DNA of 42,785 nucleotides from Octopus bimaculoides (lineage: Eukaryota), in contig NC_068981.1 in assembly GCF_001194135.2 (NCBI RefSeq), forward strand, positions 133,978,283 to 134,021,067, given 5' to 3'. Below, piece after piece: positions 32,087 through 42,785 of the stretch (its first letter is position 1; each line of letters opens with the position of its first letter). The notes under the pieces are model-generated. The model was given only the letters and a program-made list of their open reading frames with translations. It had not been told where the DNA came from and ran no database searches. The translations under genes were made by a program, and so were the position numbers.

Positions 32087-32811
32087 ATTGAAGGTAAGGG
32101 ACTGGTAGTATTGGTACAGCATTGCAGTATTTGGTTATGTTCCCTTTATTTTCTAAGCTTGACTCTTGCTAAGTTCAACTTTACTTTTCATCCTTTTTGC
32201 AGTCAATAAAATACCAATGAAATGAATTACTTAGAATTAGACACTTTCATGTCAGACATTGTATGAGGTAGTAAAAGTATTCTATCATTGCTGCTGTGAT
32301 GCTTTTGCACTTTGAACTCTTCTTGTAGGTTAAGGTTTTTCCAGGAACAGGGTGCTAACCTGAAGCCCAACCACTTGTATTTAGGAAAGAGACTAAGTAG
32401 AACTGTCTCTGTTGTCTGCTAGCCAAGCTCCATGAAATATAGTGTGGGCTGTCTTCAGTCATGGACATCTGGTCATTGGTCTTCTTGAGACTCCTCTGCC
32501 CTGGCCATTGACTTTTGCTGTAGTTGCTCCACAGTGTCAATAACACCCCTTGTACTTTAGCTCACCAGCTGAGGTCATGTATCAGGGTGTTGCACTTGAT
32601 GCCAACACACGAGAGATTTAGTGACTGATGCCCATCTACCCTACCAAGTTTAGAGCATTCTAGACACCAAAGGTACTATCTCTTCTCAGTACCCTACACC
32701 CCACTCAATTACTGGGGTTGATTAAATCAACTATATTCCTTGTCCCTAAAACCTTTTGATTTTGTGACTATATGAGAAATCTTTATTATGATTTTTTTTT
32801 ATTACACTTAG

Positions 32812-32914
32812 CGCCATGAACCAATTTTGAATCGCATTCGAATGGAAGTAGAGGAACTGATGAAACAAAAATGCATTAACATCGCCCAATTCTATCTGCC
32901 AGGTGGTAAAACTA
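32812..32914 (+). CDS. HAUS4: HAUS4 exon 5 (RHEPILNRIRMEVEELMKQKCINIAQFYLPGGKT)
   Basis: 103 nt, tAG/GTAAGT. Aligns with human MRARLQQEVEEQLKKKCFTLLCYYDP. Confidence 0.92.
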
Positions 32915-33089
32915 GTAAGTGGTTTTATTCTTTTATTATTGTACTAGCTTTAGTTACTGGACTGTGGCCATGCTGTGGCACCATCTTCAAATGATTTTAG
33001 TCAATCATATCAGCTTCAGTACTTTATTTAATGAATTGTTAAAATAAGCTTTAGATACATGCATGTGTGCATGTGTATCTTTATGTATT

Positions 33090-33410
33090 ATCATCATCAT
33101 TTAATATTCACTTTTGCATGCTTGCATTGGATCTGATAGAATTTGTGAGGCAGATTCTCTACAACCAGACGCCCTTCCTGTCACCAACCTTCACCTGTTT
33201 CTAAGTAAGGTAATGTTTCCCCATGACTAGATATGTTTTACATGGAAGACTGGAAACAAACAGCATTGCTTGTATGACAGTGATGTTTGTTTACAACCAT
33301 CACATGATTGGTGCAGGGCTGTAATTGAAAACACTTGCCCAAGGTGTCATACAATATGACTGAACCTGGGACCACGTAATTGGGAAGCAAGCTTCTTTAC
33401 CAAAATGATA
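33090..33410 (-). mobile_element. Second (GAT)n-tailed retroposon 3' family plus a SINE A fragment
   Basis: GCCCTTCCTGTCACCAACC...AAGTAAGGTAAT core also seen at 11640-11830 and 30850-30950. Confidence 0.6.
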
Positions 33411-33559
33411 ATTTAGCTGGGGAGATGCTGTTCTGATCTAAATATACTCATTCCTCCTCTGGTAAAACAGATGCATGATCAATAATTTTAAAGAGAATGA
33501 TATTGGTGTTGAGGGTAAAGATGATGCCAAGTCATTATCATTTACTTATTGTTTTTTAG

Positions 33560-33699
33560 ATAATGCTGATCTGAACCTTGCCAAAGCTTGTCAGTTGCCA
33601 GCCCTTGTTGAAGCTCAACTTTCAGAACTAGAAGCCGAACAACAACAGCTTGAGGCACTCAAGAATGAAAAAATGTTACTTCAAGAAGAGCGATATAAA
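33560..33699 (+). CDS. HAUS4: HAUS4 exon 6 (NADLNLAKACQLPALVEAQLSELEAEQQQLEALKNEKMLLQEERYK)
   Basis: 140 nt, phase 1/0, coiled-coil character. Aligns with human AAKVWKLAEVLVGEQQQ. Confidence 0.88.
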
Positions 33700-35148
33700 G
33701 TTTGTATCTTCTCTTCTGTCCTGTGTTTTCATTATCATCATCATCGTTTGACATTCGCCTTCCATGCTGGCATGGGTGGAACTTTCAATTATACATTTCT
33801 TTCCTTCTTCTCTTCCTTCTTATACCTTGACCATGTGGTTGTTGGGGCATTCATTGATGACATCGCAACCAGATTTCACCATTTCTCCTGATCTTCTGCT
33901 GTTCTCTGTGTGTTGATGAAATTGAGGCCTGTCCACTTTTTGATGTTAAGCTGAGCAACAATCAATCCAGTAATGATTCTGGTCTTGTTGTCATCATGAA
34001 TGTATCATGGACAATCAGACAGTTGAGATGTACATTTACTATTGTTGCTACTAATAATACTACCGCTACTGCTGCTGTTGCTACTACTGATTAAGACAAT
34101 TGGATGCTGGGAATTTGTCATGGCTGACTAGACATAGAACCTCTTTTGGTGTCTGTAATTTTTAACATTGGCGGCAAACACACACACGCACACAGAAATA
34201 TACACATATAAATAGAGAGAGTGATAACAAATTATTAATTGTATATGCTTGACATAAAGACATTCCCTCTCCCCATACATATAAAAAGGAATATATATCT
34301 GTTGAAACCCTGAAGCTTGCCTACTTGACCAGGTGTGTTTGATAAATTCTGTCATCCATGAAGCAGAAGTCACAACACTGTTTCAAAATAATGTAACTGA
34401 AAAGAAAATGACATTGGTTTGTGTGAAAGCAATTTTAAAAGATGTTATACAAAGCACCAGTCTTCTTTGCAGCAAATCAACAAAGGTAAAGCCACTAAGC
34501 TGGCCAGACATATTTGGGGTTTAAAGACCAACTGCTCACTAACTACAATAAAGTGGGGAATCATGGAAAATCTATTCCAAATGTAAATATCTAAGTAATG
34601 CAAATTATGTGTAGCTGAAAGATTGCACATTGTTTTTAGATCCAACAATTCTACTACATGACTTAATTCCAAATCTGAAATTTTCAGCAAATGCAAGTAT
34701 ATGAACAAATTTATTTTGGCAAACTGGAGGACACCGTCCTCTTTGGATTGAATAACTGTCTCACAGACTTTGGACATCTTACCATTGAATTATTCTACAA
34801 CTAATTTAAGTGTGACTTTGATGGACAAAGGGGATGTAACGCTAATTTTCTTTTTCTCCCTCATTTTTATTCACCCTTTGTCTTCTCATTCCACTTTTTA
34901 CACCAAACCTTTTTTTTTGCTTATTCTCATGTACCAGCATCCTGATTTTCTTATAGAACAAACCATATTCTCAATGCCTGAAGATTGTTAGGAGACACAA
35001 GACATGTTATAAAAACCTAGTTAACAACATGTCTTAATGGCAAGAAACTGTTAGTAACTCTTATTTTAATTCAGTGTACATTAAATGATATTTATCTCTC
35101 ACTGGATGGAATACATCTTTTGTTGAGCTTACCTTAACGAACAGTAAA

Positions 35149-35183
<35 letters not shown>

Positions 35184-35656
35184 TTTAGTATTTTAACGTC
35201 CGCTTTCCATGCTAGCATGGGTTGGACATATATAATACAAATAATAAATGAGTATATGCATATATACGTACATGTATGTACATACCTACATCTACATGCA
35301 TATATAGATGCATATCTGGGTACAGGATGTTGCAAAAAAATATGGACAAAATGATAAACAGAGTACAGAAAACACACAGGCCACACAGAGAACATTTCCT
35401 TCATCAGCTGCCACCATTCTAAAACTAAGCGTTTCGAAGAGTTAGGGCTGGACGCATCATTAGAATGGCTCTTCCCACGGACCACAAATTAAATTTGTAC
35501 CATAGAGGAATATAGTGGCGGATATATATATATGCATATACACACACACACATATATATATACACACATGTAAATATATTTATACACATACACATAAGAA
35601 TAATGTGGTTTTACTAATGAATCTAATTTAATCTATTTCCCTTTTCTATTTCATAG

Positions 35657-35784
35657 ATTTTCAAAGACAGCTTGCTTGAGTTACAAAACATTTGTAACAA
35701 AAAGTTACAACTACAAAAAGATTTGAAAAGTACCACTTCCAAATATTTATCATCATATAGCAAAACCCTTCATTCAAAACTTGC
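35657..35784 (+). CDS. HAUS4: HAUS4 exon 7 (IFKDSLLELQNICNKKLQLQKDLKSTTSKYLSSYSKTLHSKL)
   Basis: 128 nt, tAG/GTAAGT, phase 0/2. Aligns with human VLLRCLTLLQRLLQEHRLKTQSELD...YL...AMILKL. Confidence 0.88.
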
Positions 35785-36040
35785 GTAAGTTTACTTACTG
35801 TCTAATTTTTGTTGGGAATAATTAAAGACATTTATTCACAGCTTCTTAAAGCTATGAATACTGGGCAGCAAAGCTATGAAAAAGCATTATATTCAGTATG
35901 TATGAAAGAATGTTGGTTGAAGTGTTTCATTCTTTTGGAAAACAAATCACTGAATATCTAACAAGTGATTCTTGTGACATTCAACTCTTTTGATATCAAC
36001 CTGTCTAACTGTCCTTAATTCTGTGATACAAATTCCCTTT

Positions 36041-36272
36041 TTAACTCTTTAGGCATTCAAATTACTCTGTCAAATGTAATGCTTGTTTATTCAAATCGTT
36101 TTAAGTTAATTGTGCATTATCTCATAGCTTTGAGATTTTAGTGATGTGATTGTTTATTTTTAAAATGACATTGTATGGTAGGTGTGACAGGCCAGATCTG
36201 GCTAGTTTGAACATAAAACAAGTCAAATATTTGGGCCAGAGATATGGCCAGTTTAAATGCTTAAGTGATCTA
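36041..36272 (+). mobile_element. TTAA-type MITE, same family as 4314-4541
   Basis: TTAACTCTTTAGGCATTCAAATTACTCTGTCAAATGTAATGC... start and homologous body. Confidence 0.65.
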
Positions 36273-36392
36273 AATAAAAGCACCAGCTTAATGATGATAA
36301 AATTATTTTAATTAATTCATTATTTTCAAAATTAACTGAATTAAAGGTCATCATCATTTAACGTCTGTTTTCCATGCTGTCATGAGTTGGGC

Positions 36393-36766
36393 GTGGAGGC
36401 GCAATGGCCCAGTGGTTAGGGGAGCGGACTCGCGGTTTCGATTCCCAGACCGGGCGTTGTGAGTGTTTATTGAGCAAAAACACCTAAAGCTCCATGAGGC
36501 TCTGGCAGGGGATGGTGGCGAACCCTGCTGTACTCTTTCACCACAATTTTCTCTCACTCTTACTTCCTGTTTCTGTTGTGCCTGTAATTCAAAGGGTCAG
36601 CCTTGTCACACTGTGTCACGCTGAATATCCCCGAGAACTACGTTAAGGGTACACGTGTCTGTGGAGTGCTCAGCCACTTGCACGTTAATTTCACGAGCAG
36701 GCTGTTCCGTTGGTCGGATCAACTGGAACCCTCAACGTCGTACACGAGTGCCAACAGCAACAACAA
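36393..36766 (+). mobile_element. Young SINE family D, 12-bp TSD, inserted into an RTE tail fragment
   Basis: Exact TSD CATGAGTTGGGC at 36381-36392 and 36767-36778; (CAA)n tail. Confidence 0.92.
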
Positions 36767-37497
36767 CATGAGTTGGGCATCATCATCAAAACATTCATTT
36801 TCCTCAGACTGGCATAGATTGGTCAAGCCTACTGTATTACATATTATCACCCATCTCAATCTTATGTTGTCTGATATCCACTTCATTGCTTAAGTCCTGC
36901 GCCTAGAGCCTTCCTCTACCATTCTACCTTTGATTCTTGATTCATAACACTTTTTTACTTTGCACTTCATTTTTCATGTCACAAGTTTTATCTTCAGTAA
37001 GTACTCCTTGCTCACTAGCATATCAAAAGTTCTATCACTCTGCCAGAGACCCCACTGCATATTTTGTGTACATATTGCTTGCAATAAATACACTGTATTG
37101 ACTTCCCTACCAACTCCATTCCTACATATCAAACAAGGCCACTTCTCAGACAGTATTGATGGCTTTACATGATGTCTTTACTGGTCTTTTAGTCATCATT
37201 GTCCTGTTGACATTGAGGCATTTTAGTTCTTGGCCATTCTGCAAAGGTTGGAATGTTTTCAGTTATTCTACTGCAGATTCTGCAATGATAATCAGATCAT
37301 TAATATTTGAAAATTCTAAGATCCAGCATTCTCATTCTAAAGGAAAATGGTATTAGACATTACAAATACTAAATTTGAGACAAAAGAAAACAATTACAGA
37401 CTTGCTGACTGGATTTGAGCCACATATCCATCACTGATGAGTCTTTATGTTAGTGATTGCACTATGGAGCACTTACTATTCTATGTCCTTGAATTCA

Positions 37498-37700
37498 TTA
37501 TCATCATCATTTAACATCCACTTTCCATGCTGGCATAGGTTGGTCAGTTATTACTAGGAACTGGTGAGCTAGAGGGCTGCATTGAGCTTCAGTGTCATAT
37601 TTGGCATGGTTTCTATGGCTGGATGCCCTTCCTAATGCCAACCACTTTACAGTGTACTGAGTGCTTTTTACATGGTGCCAGCCCTAGTGAGATTGCCATG
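37498..37700 (-). mobile_element. Truncated RTE-family 3' end
   Basis: (CAT)n start and family core sequence. Confidence 0.8.
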
Positions 37701-38087
37701 TAACTTGGCAAATAGGAAAATGGAAAAGCTCCCACTGTTAAGAGAATGTATTTGGGAGGGAAAGGTGGTTGTATGTCAGGTTTGACAGACTAAAGTATGA
37801 TAGAGTTACAGATATTGCACAGGTGTTTTGCTATAGAGGAGATGCATGGCTAAAAGAGATAAAAGGAAGGTAGTGATAGGGTGTTAGAAAAAACTCTCAA
37901 GGAACAAGATGAGTTTCAGAGTTCCTGGAATAGGTTATAGGTTTTGCCCCCTTTGGTCTCTAAGCCATTAAAAATAAAATTTAAAAAATTAATTTTTCTT
38001 TACTTTAGAAAAATACATTTAAGACCTTATAAGTTTGTTCCTAATGAAAAATTACTAATTAAATTCTTTTTTCCTTATTTTTGCTAG

Positions 38088-38156
38088 ATTATGTAATACT
38101 GAAATAATTTGTGACACTTATAAAGAAGACACAGTACTTGCTCTCCAGAAAATCAA
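38088..38156 (+). CDS. HAUS4: HAUS4 exon 8 (LCNTEIICDTYKEDTVLALQKI)
   Basis: 69 nt, tAG/GTAAGC, phase 2/2. Aligns with human MEELKILSDTYTVEKVEVHRLIR. Confidence 0.9.
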
Positions 38157-38219
38157 GTAAGCTTTTTTGTGTTATATTTTTTACTTCTGATTCTGTTATA
38201 AATGTATGAATTTCAATAG

Positions 38220-38890
38220 TATGCTGGTTAGCTTAATTATATTTACTACACATTGTTTTGGGTGTTAGACTCATGATCATAAGATTGTGGTTTCGATTCC
38301 TGAACTAGGTGTTATTTTGTGTTCTTGAGCAAAACTCTTCATTTCACATTACTCCAGTCCACTCAGCTGGCAAAAATGAGTAACCCTGTAATGGACGGGC
38401 ATCTCGTCCAAAGAGAAATATATACACCAGAGAAAGCAGGAAACTGGCCCTACACTCCTTACAGAGTAATGTGGACTAACCATAACACATATTGTATACT
38501 CTTTATTTTGTCTTTTTGCCAAAACATTTCATTTCATCTTGCTGCAGTTCATTTTCCATGCAGGCATGTGTTAGACAATTTAACAAGGATCCAACTAGTT
38601 GGAGGACAATGTCATGTTCCAGTTTCTGTTTTGGCATAGTTTCCATAGTTGGATGGCTTTTCCTAATACCAATCACTTTACAGAGTGTACTAGGTTTTTT
38701 CTTTTATTTCTTTCATACACCAGCATGAGTCAAGGTGCATGGCCTAGTAGAGTATGGCACTCATGATCGTAAGATTGTGATGTTGATTCCCAGATGAGAC
38801 ATGCATTGTGTTCAGGAACAAAATACTCCATTTCACATAATTACAGTCCACCTAGTTGTAAATGACTTCCACTAATAGCTGGCATATTAA
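38220..38890. mobile_element. Cluster: SINE C variant (+, 38220-38470), RTE 3' end (-, about 38530-38735), SINE C head (+, 38735-38890)
   Basis: Homology to other in-window copies. Confidence 0.65.
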
Positions 38891-39501
38891 CCCTGTGACA
38901 AAGTGGTGTCTCATTAAGAAAAGAATTTTGTAATTTCAGTTGCTTATATGACATGGAAACTGGGTGAAGGTTCAGCTATATAAGTCCTAGGGTTCATGAC
39001 AGACCTAAGTCTGAATCCAACACTAGTAAGGTGGCTTTGGATTCTGCAAGAGTAAAGAGTATAAAGGGCCTCCACAACTGAAAAAAGAATTGGAGAGTGT
39101 GATAATTTTAGGTGAGATGACAAGAGAGTCTAGAGTATAAAAGGAACAGATTTATAGTTGTGAGAGGGTGGTAGTAGGGAGAGTAAGAGAATATATACTG
39201 TAGAGAGGGAGAGAGAGAGAGAGTGTGTGTGAATATGTAAGAGACATGAGAAAAAAGTAGGGGATTAGTAAGTATCTGGGGGTTTGAGTGAATGTTTACA
39301 TTCTGTGCTTCCATCCCATCACTGCCATCTTTTGTCTCTTTCCCAGCTAGTCTTATCTACTCTGCTAAAGCAAATTGCCAGTGCTTGTCCCTCTACCATA
39401 CTTTAGCTTTTCAATGCTTGGCATAAATCCCCCTCCCAATGTAAAATACTCCCCACCCCCACCCCCTCGTTGTGGTAGGGTTTTCCTTTTTCTCTTTTGC
39501 A

Positions 39502-39695
39502 AGTTACTTAGCAATCTCACTAGTGCCAGTGGCATGGAAAAAGTACCTAGTACATATTGTAAATTAGCTGGCATTAGGAAGGGCATCCAGCCATAGAAAC
39601 CATGCTAAAGCTGACATCAGACCAGCTCACTAGATCCTATCAAACCATTCAACTCTTGCTAGCAGAGTAAACTGACATTAAATGATGATGATGAG
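39502..39695 (+). mobile_element. Truncated RTE-family 3' end with (GAT)n tail
   Basis: 37-bp stretch exactly complementary to 37604-37640. Confidence 0.82.
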
Positions 39696-40066
39696 GAGGA
39701 TGACTTCACATAAAAAACAGCTATTTGTTGACATTACCCTGTCAACAGATAGTCTACTAGTTCTGCACTTTCAAGGGTGGAAAGAATGGAATTCCCCCTA
39801 TTTGAAAAACAAGTAAGGGTTGACTGCTAAAAAGATATCTTGCAATAGCACAATGTTTCAATAACATGCATTTGTCTAACCCATGCTAGCATAGAAAGTT
39901 AATATAAGATGAACAAATGAATATTTGTAAGGAGAAAGACTGATTTTTAAAGGTAACAAAATATGGACACTTTGCAGAAAGATTATAAGAATGTAAACCA
40001 GTATGAATGATCTTCATATCAAAGAATTTGATTTGTCCAATTAATTACTATTGTTTTTATTGACAG

Positions 40067-40247
40067 AGAACATATTGATAAAGAACTTAAAAAGGCTAAA
40101 GAACAGAACAGGCAGGCAAATGAAGCTTTGAGTGAATATGAAAAATTGGGCCCAGAGTATACAGCAAAGGTTGAGCAATACAGGAAACTGGAACAAGAAA
40201 TTGAGAGCATCAAATGGTCTCTAGATCGCTTAAAAAACTCATCTTAA
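40067..40247 (+). CDS. HAUS4: HAUS4 exon 9, terminal (EHIDKELKKAKEQNRQANEALSEYEKLGPEYTAKVEQYRKLEQEIESIKWSLDRLKNSS*)
   Basis: Aligns with the human C-terminus SRQVLNSYEVLGEEFDRLVKEYTVLKQATENKRWALQEF. The nine exons total 1032 nt = 343 aa plus stop, with no frame break. Confidence 0.93.
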
Positions 40248-40718
40248 CTACAAAAAAAAAACTCATCTTAACTACAAAAAAAAATACTCCTCAAAATGCT
40301 TATCAGCTTTAAGCAATTCGTTGTTTTATATAAATATATACCTTTTATTAATGCTTAATGACTAAAAGCTAGGTTTTGCCATTGTAATGACAACTGTAAA
40401 TTACTCAGCATGCCCCCTTTTAAATGTAAATAGCTTTTTTTTTATTGTTATGGTAGAATATGGAGAAACCAATGTCTCACCGAAATATAAGATGATGCTA
40501 CTGAGGACACTGGCTGTCCCAGACTCTCAGCTTTCTGATTATCTTCAGTGCTGCTCTGTTTTAGATGGTATCGATTTTTAAGAGGTGAACCTAAGTATCC
40601 CTTGGAACTATATATAATTGAGTGGGTGCATGCCTTTTTTGTTGACTTACCGAAAAATATTTTATTGTGGACATATGAAAAAAAAAATCTTATTCAGTGT
40701 ACAGTTATTTTAATTTTA

Positions 40719-40745
40719 AATAAACTAATTATTATTGGAAATAAA
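40719..40745 (+). terminator. Candidate HAUS4 polyadenylation signals
   Basis: AATAAA at 40719-40724 and 40740-40745 with U/GU-rich downstream sequence, about 0.5 kb after the stop. Confidence 0.5.
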
Positions 40746-40981
40746 ATACTGTGAAATTTCATTACTGTTTTAAGTTTTATCTCTTAAATGACTTGAAAAT
40801 ATTTGCTATGTGTTTGTTTATTATTATTCTTTCATTTTCATATGAAATGCATGTGACAGAAAGCAAACCAGTCTATTATATACTCCATAAATGTGTGATC
40901 GTTACCACAACAGAGAAAATGCTTTGTGGAATTTCTTCTGTCATTACATCTTGAGTTCTAATTCCACTGTTGGTGATTTTA

Positions 40982-41688
40982 TAGGTGCAGGAGTGGCTTT
41001 GTGGTAAGAAGCTTGCTTCATAACCACATGGTTCTGGGTTCAGTCCCACTGCATGGTACCTTGGGCAAGTGTCTTCTACTGTAACCTCGGGCCGACCAAA
41101 GCCTTGTGAGTGGATTTGGTAGGCAGAAACTGAAAGAGGCCCATCATATATATATATATTTGTGTGTCTGTGTTTGTCCCTCCACCATCGCTTGACAACT
41201 GATGCTGGTGTGTTTACGTCCTTGTAACTTAGTGGTTTGGCAAAAGAGACCAATAGAATAAGTCCTGGTGTTGATTTGTTCAATTAAAGACAGTGCTCCA
41301 GCATGGCCGCAGTCAAATGACTGAAGTAAGTAAAAGTGTGGTAAGTAGCTTGCTTACCAACCATATGGTTCCGGGTTCAGTACCACTGCGTGGCATCTTG
41401 GGCAAATGTCTTCTACTATAGCCTCAGGCCAACCAAAGCCTTGTGAGTGGATTTGGTAGATGGAAACAGAGAAGCCCGTTGTATATATGTGTGTGTGTGT
41501 GTTTGTTCCCCTAGCATTGCTTGACAACTGATGCTGGTGTGATAATGTCCCCGTTACTTAGTGGTACAGCAAAAGACACCAATAGAATAAGTACTAGGCT
41601 TACAAAGAATAAGTCCAAGGGTCAGTTTGCTCGACTAAAGGGGGTGTTCCAGCATGGCCGCAGTCAAATGACTGAAACAAGTAAAAGA
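40982..41688 (+). mobile_element. Head-to-tail pair of SINE family A copies
   Basis: First copy ends near 41335; second begins at GTGTGGTAAGTAGCTTGC and lacks its first about 15 nt. Confidence 0.85.
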
Positions 41689-41892
41689 ACGGATTACTGG
41701 GGCTCCAAGGTTATAACCAAGATGGTAATTATGGAGCCATTGCAGATTTTTGATGCAGTGGAGGTCAAACATTAAGGAAAGGCAGAAAGAAATTCAAAAT
41801 CTTAGAGCTGTTTCTGGGATATCCCTGAGTATGCAATATTTTGTCACCAGAGATAAATAGAGGGAAAAAATATGGAAAATGAGAATGGTATG

Positions 41893-41939
<47 letters not shown>

Positions 41940-41968
41940 GTATATATATGTATGTATGTGTGTATATA

Positions 41969-42571
41969 TCTTAATATATAAAGCTGAAGTTGGGTGTCTG
42001 TGTGAATCCTTTTTGAAAGTTTATAGAAATCCACATTTTCCACTTTTTCGTAAAATTTTTTTACATCAATGGAATTTTCTCGATCTGAACTTTCCAGTGC
42101 AGTAATTAGATTTTTAAAATTCCGTTTACTTTGTGTGATTTAAGGGAGATTTGGCTGTCGTTTCTAGCAACTTTTATATTCCTTCCCTTCTCCCTGTACC
42201 GGCGTTGTTATAGAGAGTAAGAGTAAGAGAGGGAGAGAGAGAGAGAGAGAGAAAGTGATACATACAAAGTCATAGATTAACTTGGTTACATTTTACGCTC
42301 TTACTTCTTCTTCCTCTCTCTCATTTAATACCTTTCCTCTGCGTCTAACATATTTTTCATAACATAGAAACGTAAAAATACACACGACCACACATACGTG
42401 ATCTGTGACAACAACATACACTTAAACACATACACACATCAACATTATAGATATAAGATTTAGTTTCTGTGTTTCTTATATAAACACGTGCACGCATTGC
42501 TATTTTATAACTGTCTTCCGTTCTCTCTTTCTCTCTCTTCATTGCTACCATCTCTATTCCTTTCTCCCCCC

Positions 42572-42604
<33 letters not shown>

Positions 42605-42785
42605 CCCTCTTTTACTCTTACTCTCTAAATTATATGTTGAGCGCATAATTACTGCACTGGAAAGTTCACATCGAAAAAATTCTTTTGATGTAAACATTTT
42701 AAAATTCCGTTTACTTTGTGTGATTTAAGGGAGATTTGGCTGTTGTTTCTAGCAACTTTTATATTTCTTCCCTTCTACCTGTACA
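41969..42785 (+). mobile_element. Possible non-autonomous Helitron/Helentron-like element (runs off the window end)
   Basis: A|TCTTAATATATAAAG 5' end followed by a GTCTGT motif, internal duplicated and inverted modules, GA/TC microsatellites. Confidence 0.4.

Noticed and set aside
33471-33891. 138-aa ORF extending HAUS4 exon 6, and an upstream AG at 33469-33470
   Set aside because: Homology is confined to 33560-33699 and the upstream acceptor is out of frame. The intronic extensions of ORFs 1140-1454, 25971-26189 and 30415-30837 are rejected for the same reason.
35395-35475. Hammerhead-like remnant on the minus strand (CUAAUGA...GAAACGC) and a nearby CUGAUGA
   Set aside because: Core mutated, with no convincing stem II or III. 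Other CTGATGA hits (30304, 30165 minus, 37435, 27361) lack a correctly placed GAAA and NUH.
40876-41775. ORFs of 84-135 aa (similar at 11112-11461, 11880-12209, 14873-15393, 28480-28743, 36354-36893)
   Set aside because: They lie within SINE or RTE-tail repeats; the same pseudo-peptides recur at each copy.

Overview
AT-rich, repeat-dense animal genomic DNA from a gapped draft assembly. The SINE, RTE and MITE families look like those of Octopus (inference from recall; no database search was run). Two spliced genes lie head-to-head with ATGs about 1.38 kb apart. UBA2/SAE2 is on the minus strand: exons 1-5 are in the window, intron 1 is about 15 kb, and the gene continues past position 1. HAUS4 (augmin subunit 4) is on the plus strand: 9 coding exons, 343 aa, complete. 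Introns hold tRNA-derived SINEs, CR1, RTE and Penelope-like fragments, a decayed hAT element with TIRs and TSD, and mariner, Tc1, Charlie and piggyBac-type relics. Most notable: (1) two minimal type I hammerhead ribozyme motifs, one in the sense strand of HAUS4 intron 1 about 60 nt upstream of exon 2 and one with a compensatory U3:A8 core pair behind a Penelope GIY-YIG relic; (2) a CAG/CAA tract before the UBA2 ATG that reads as an in-frame Q/L run stopped by one TAG, bracketed by two ATG-containing YY1 motifs and spanned by an overlapping uORF; (3) small palindromic elements with inverted TTAGGG arms; (4) a conserved-stem hairpin array in an RTE 3' UTR; (5) one target site used twice by SINEs. 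Exon coordinates were derived by hand; repeat boundaries are approximate unless TIRs or TSDs are quoted.
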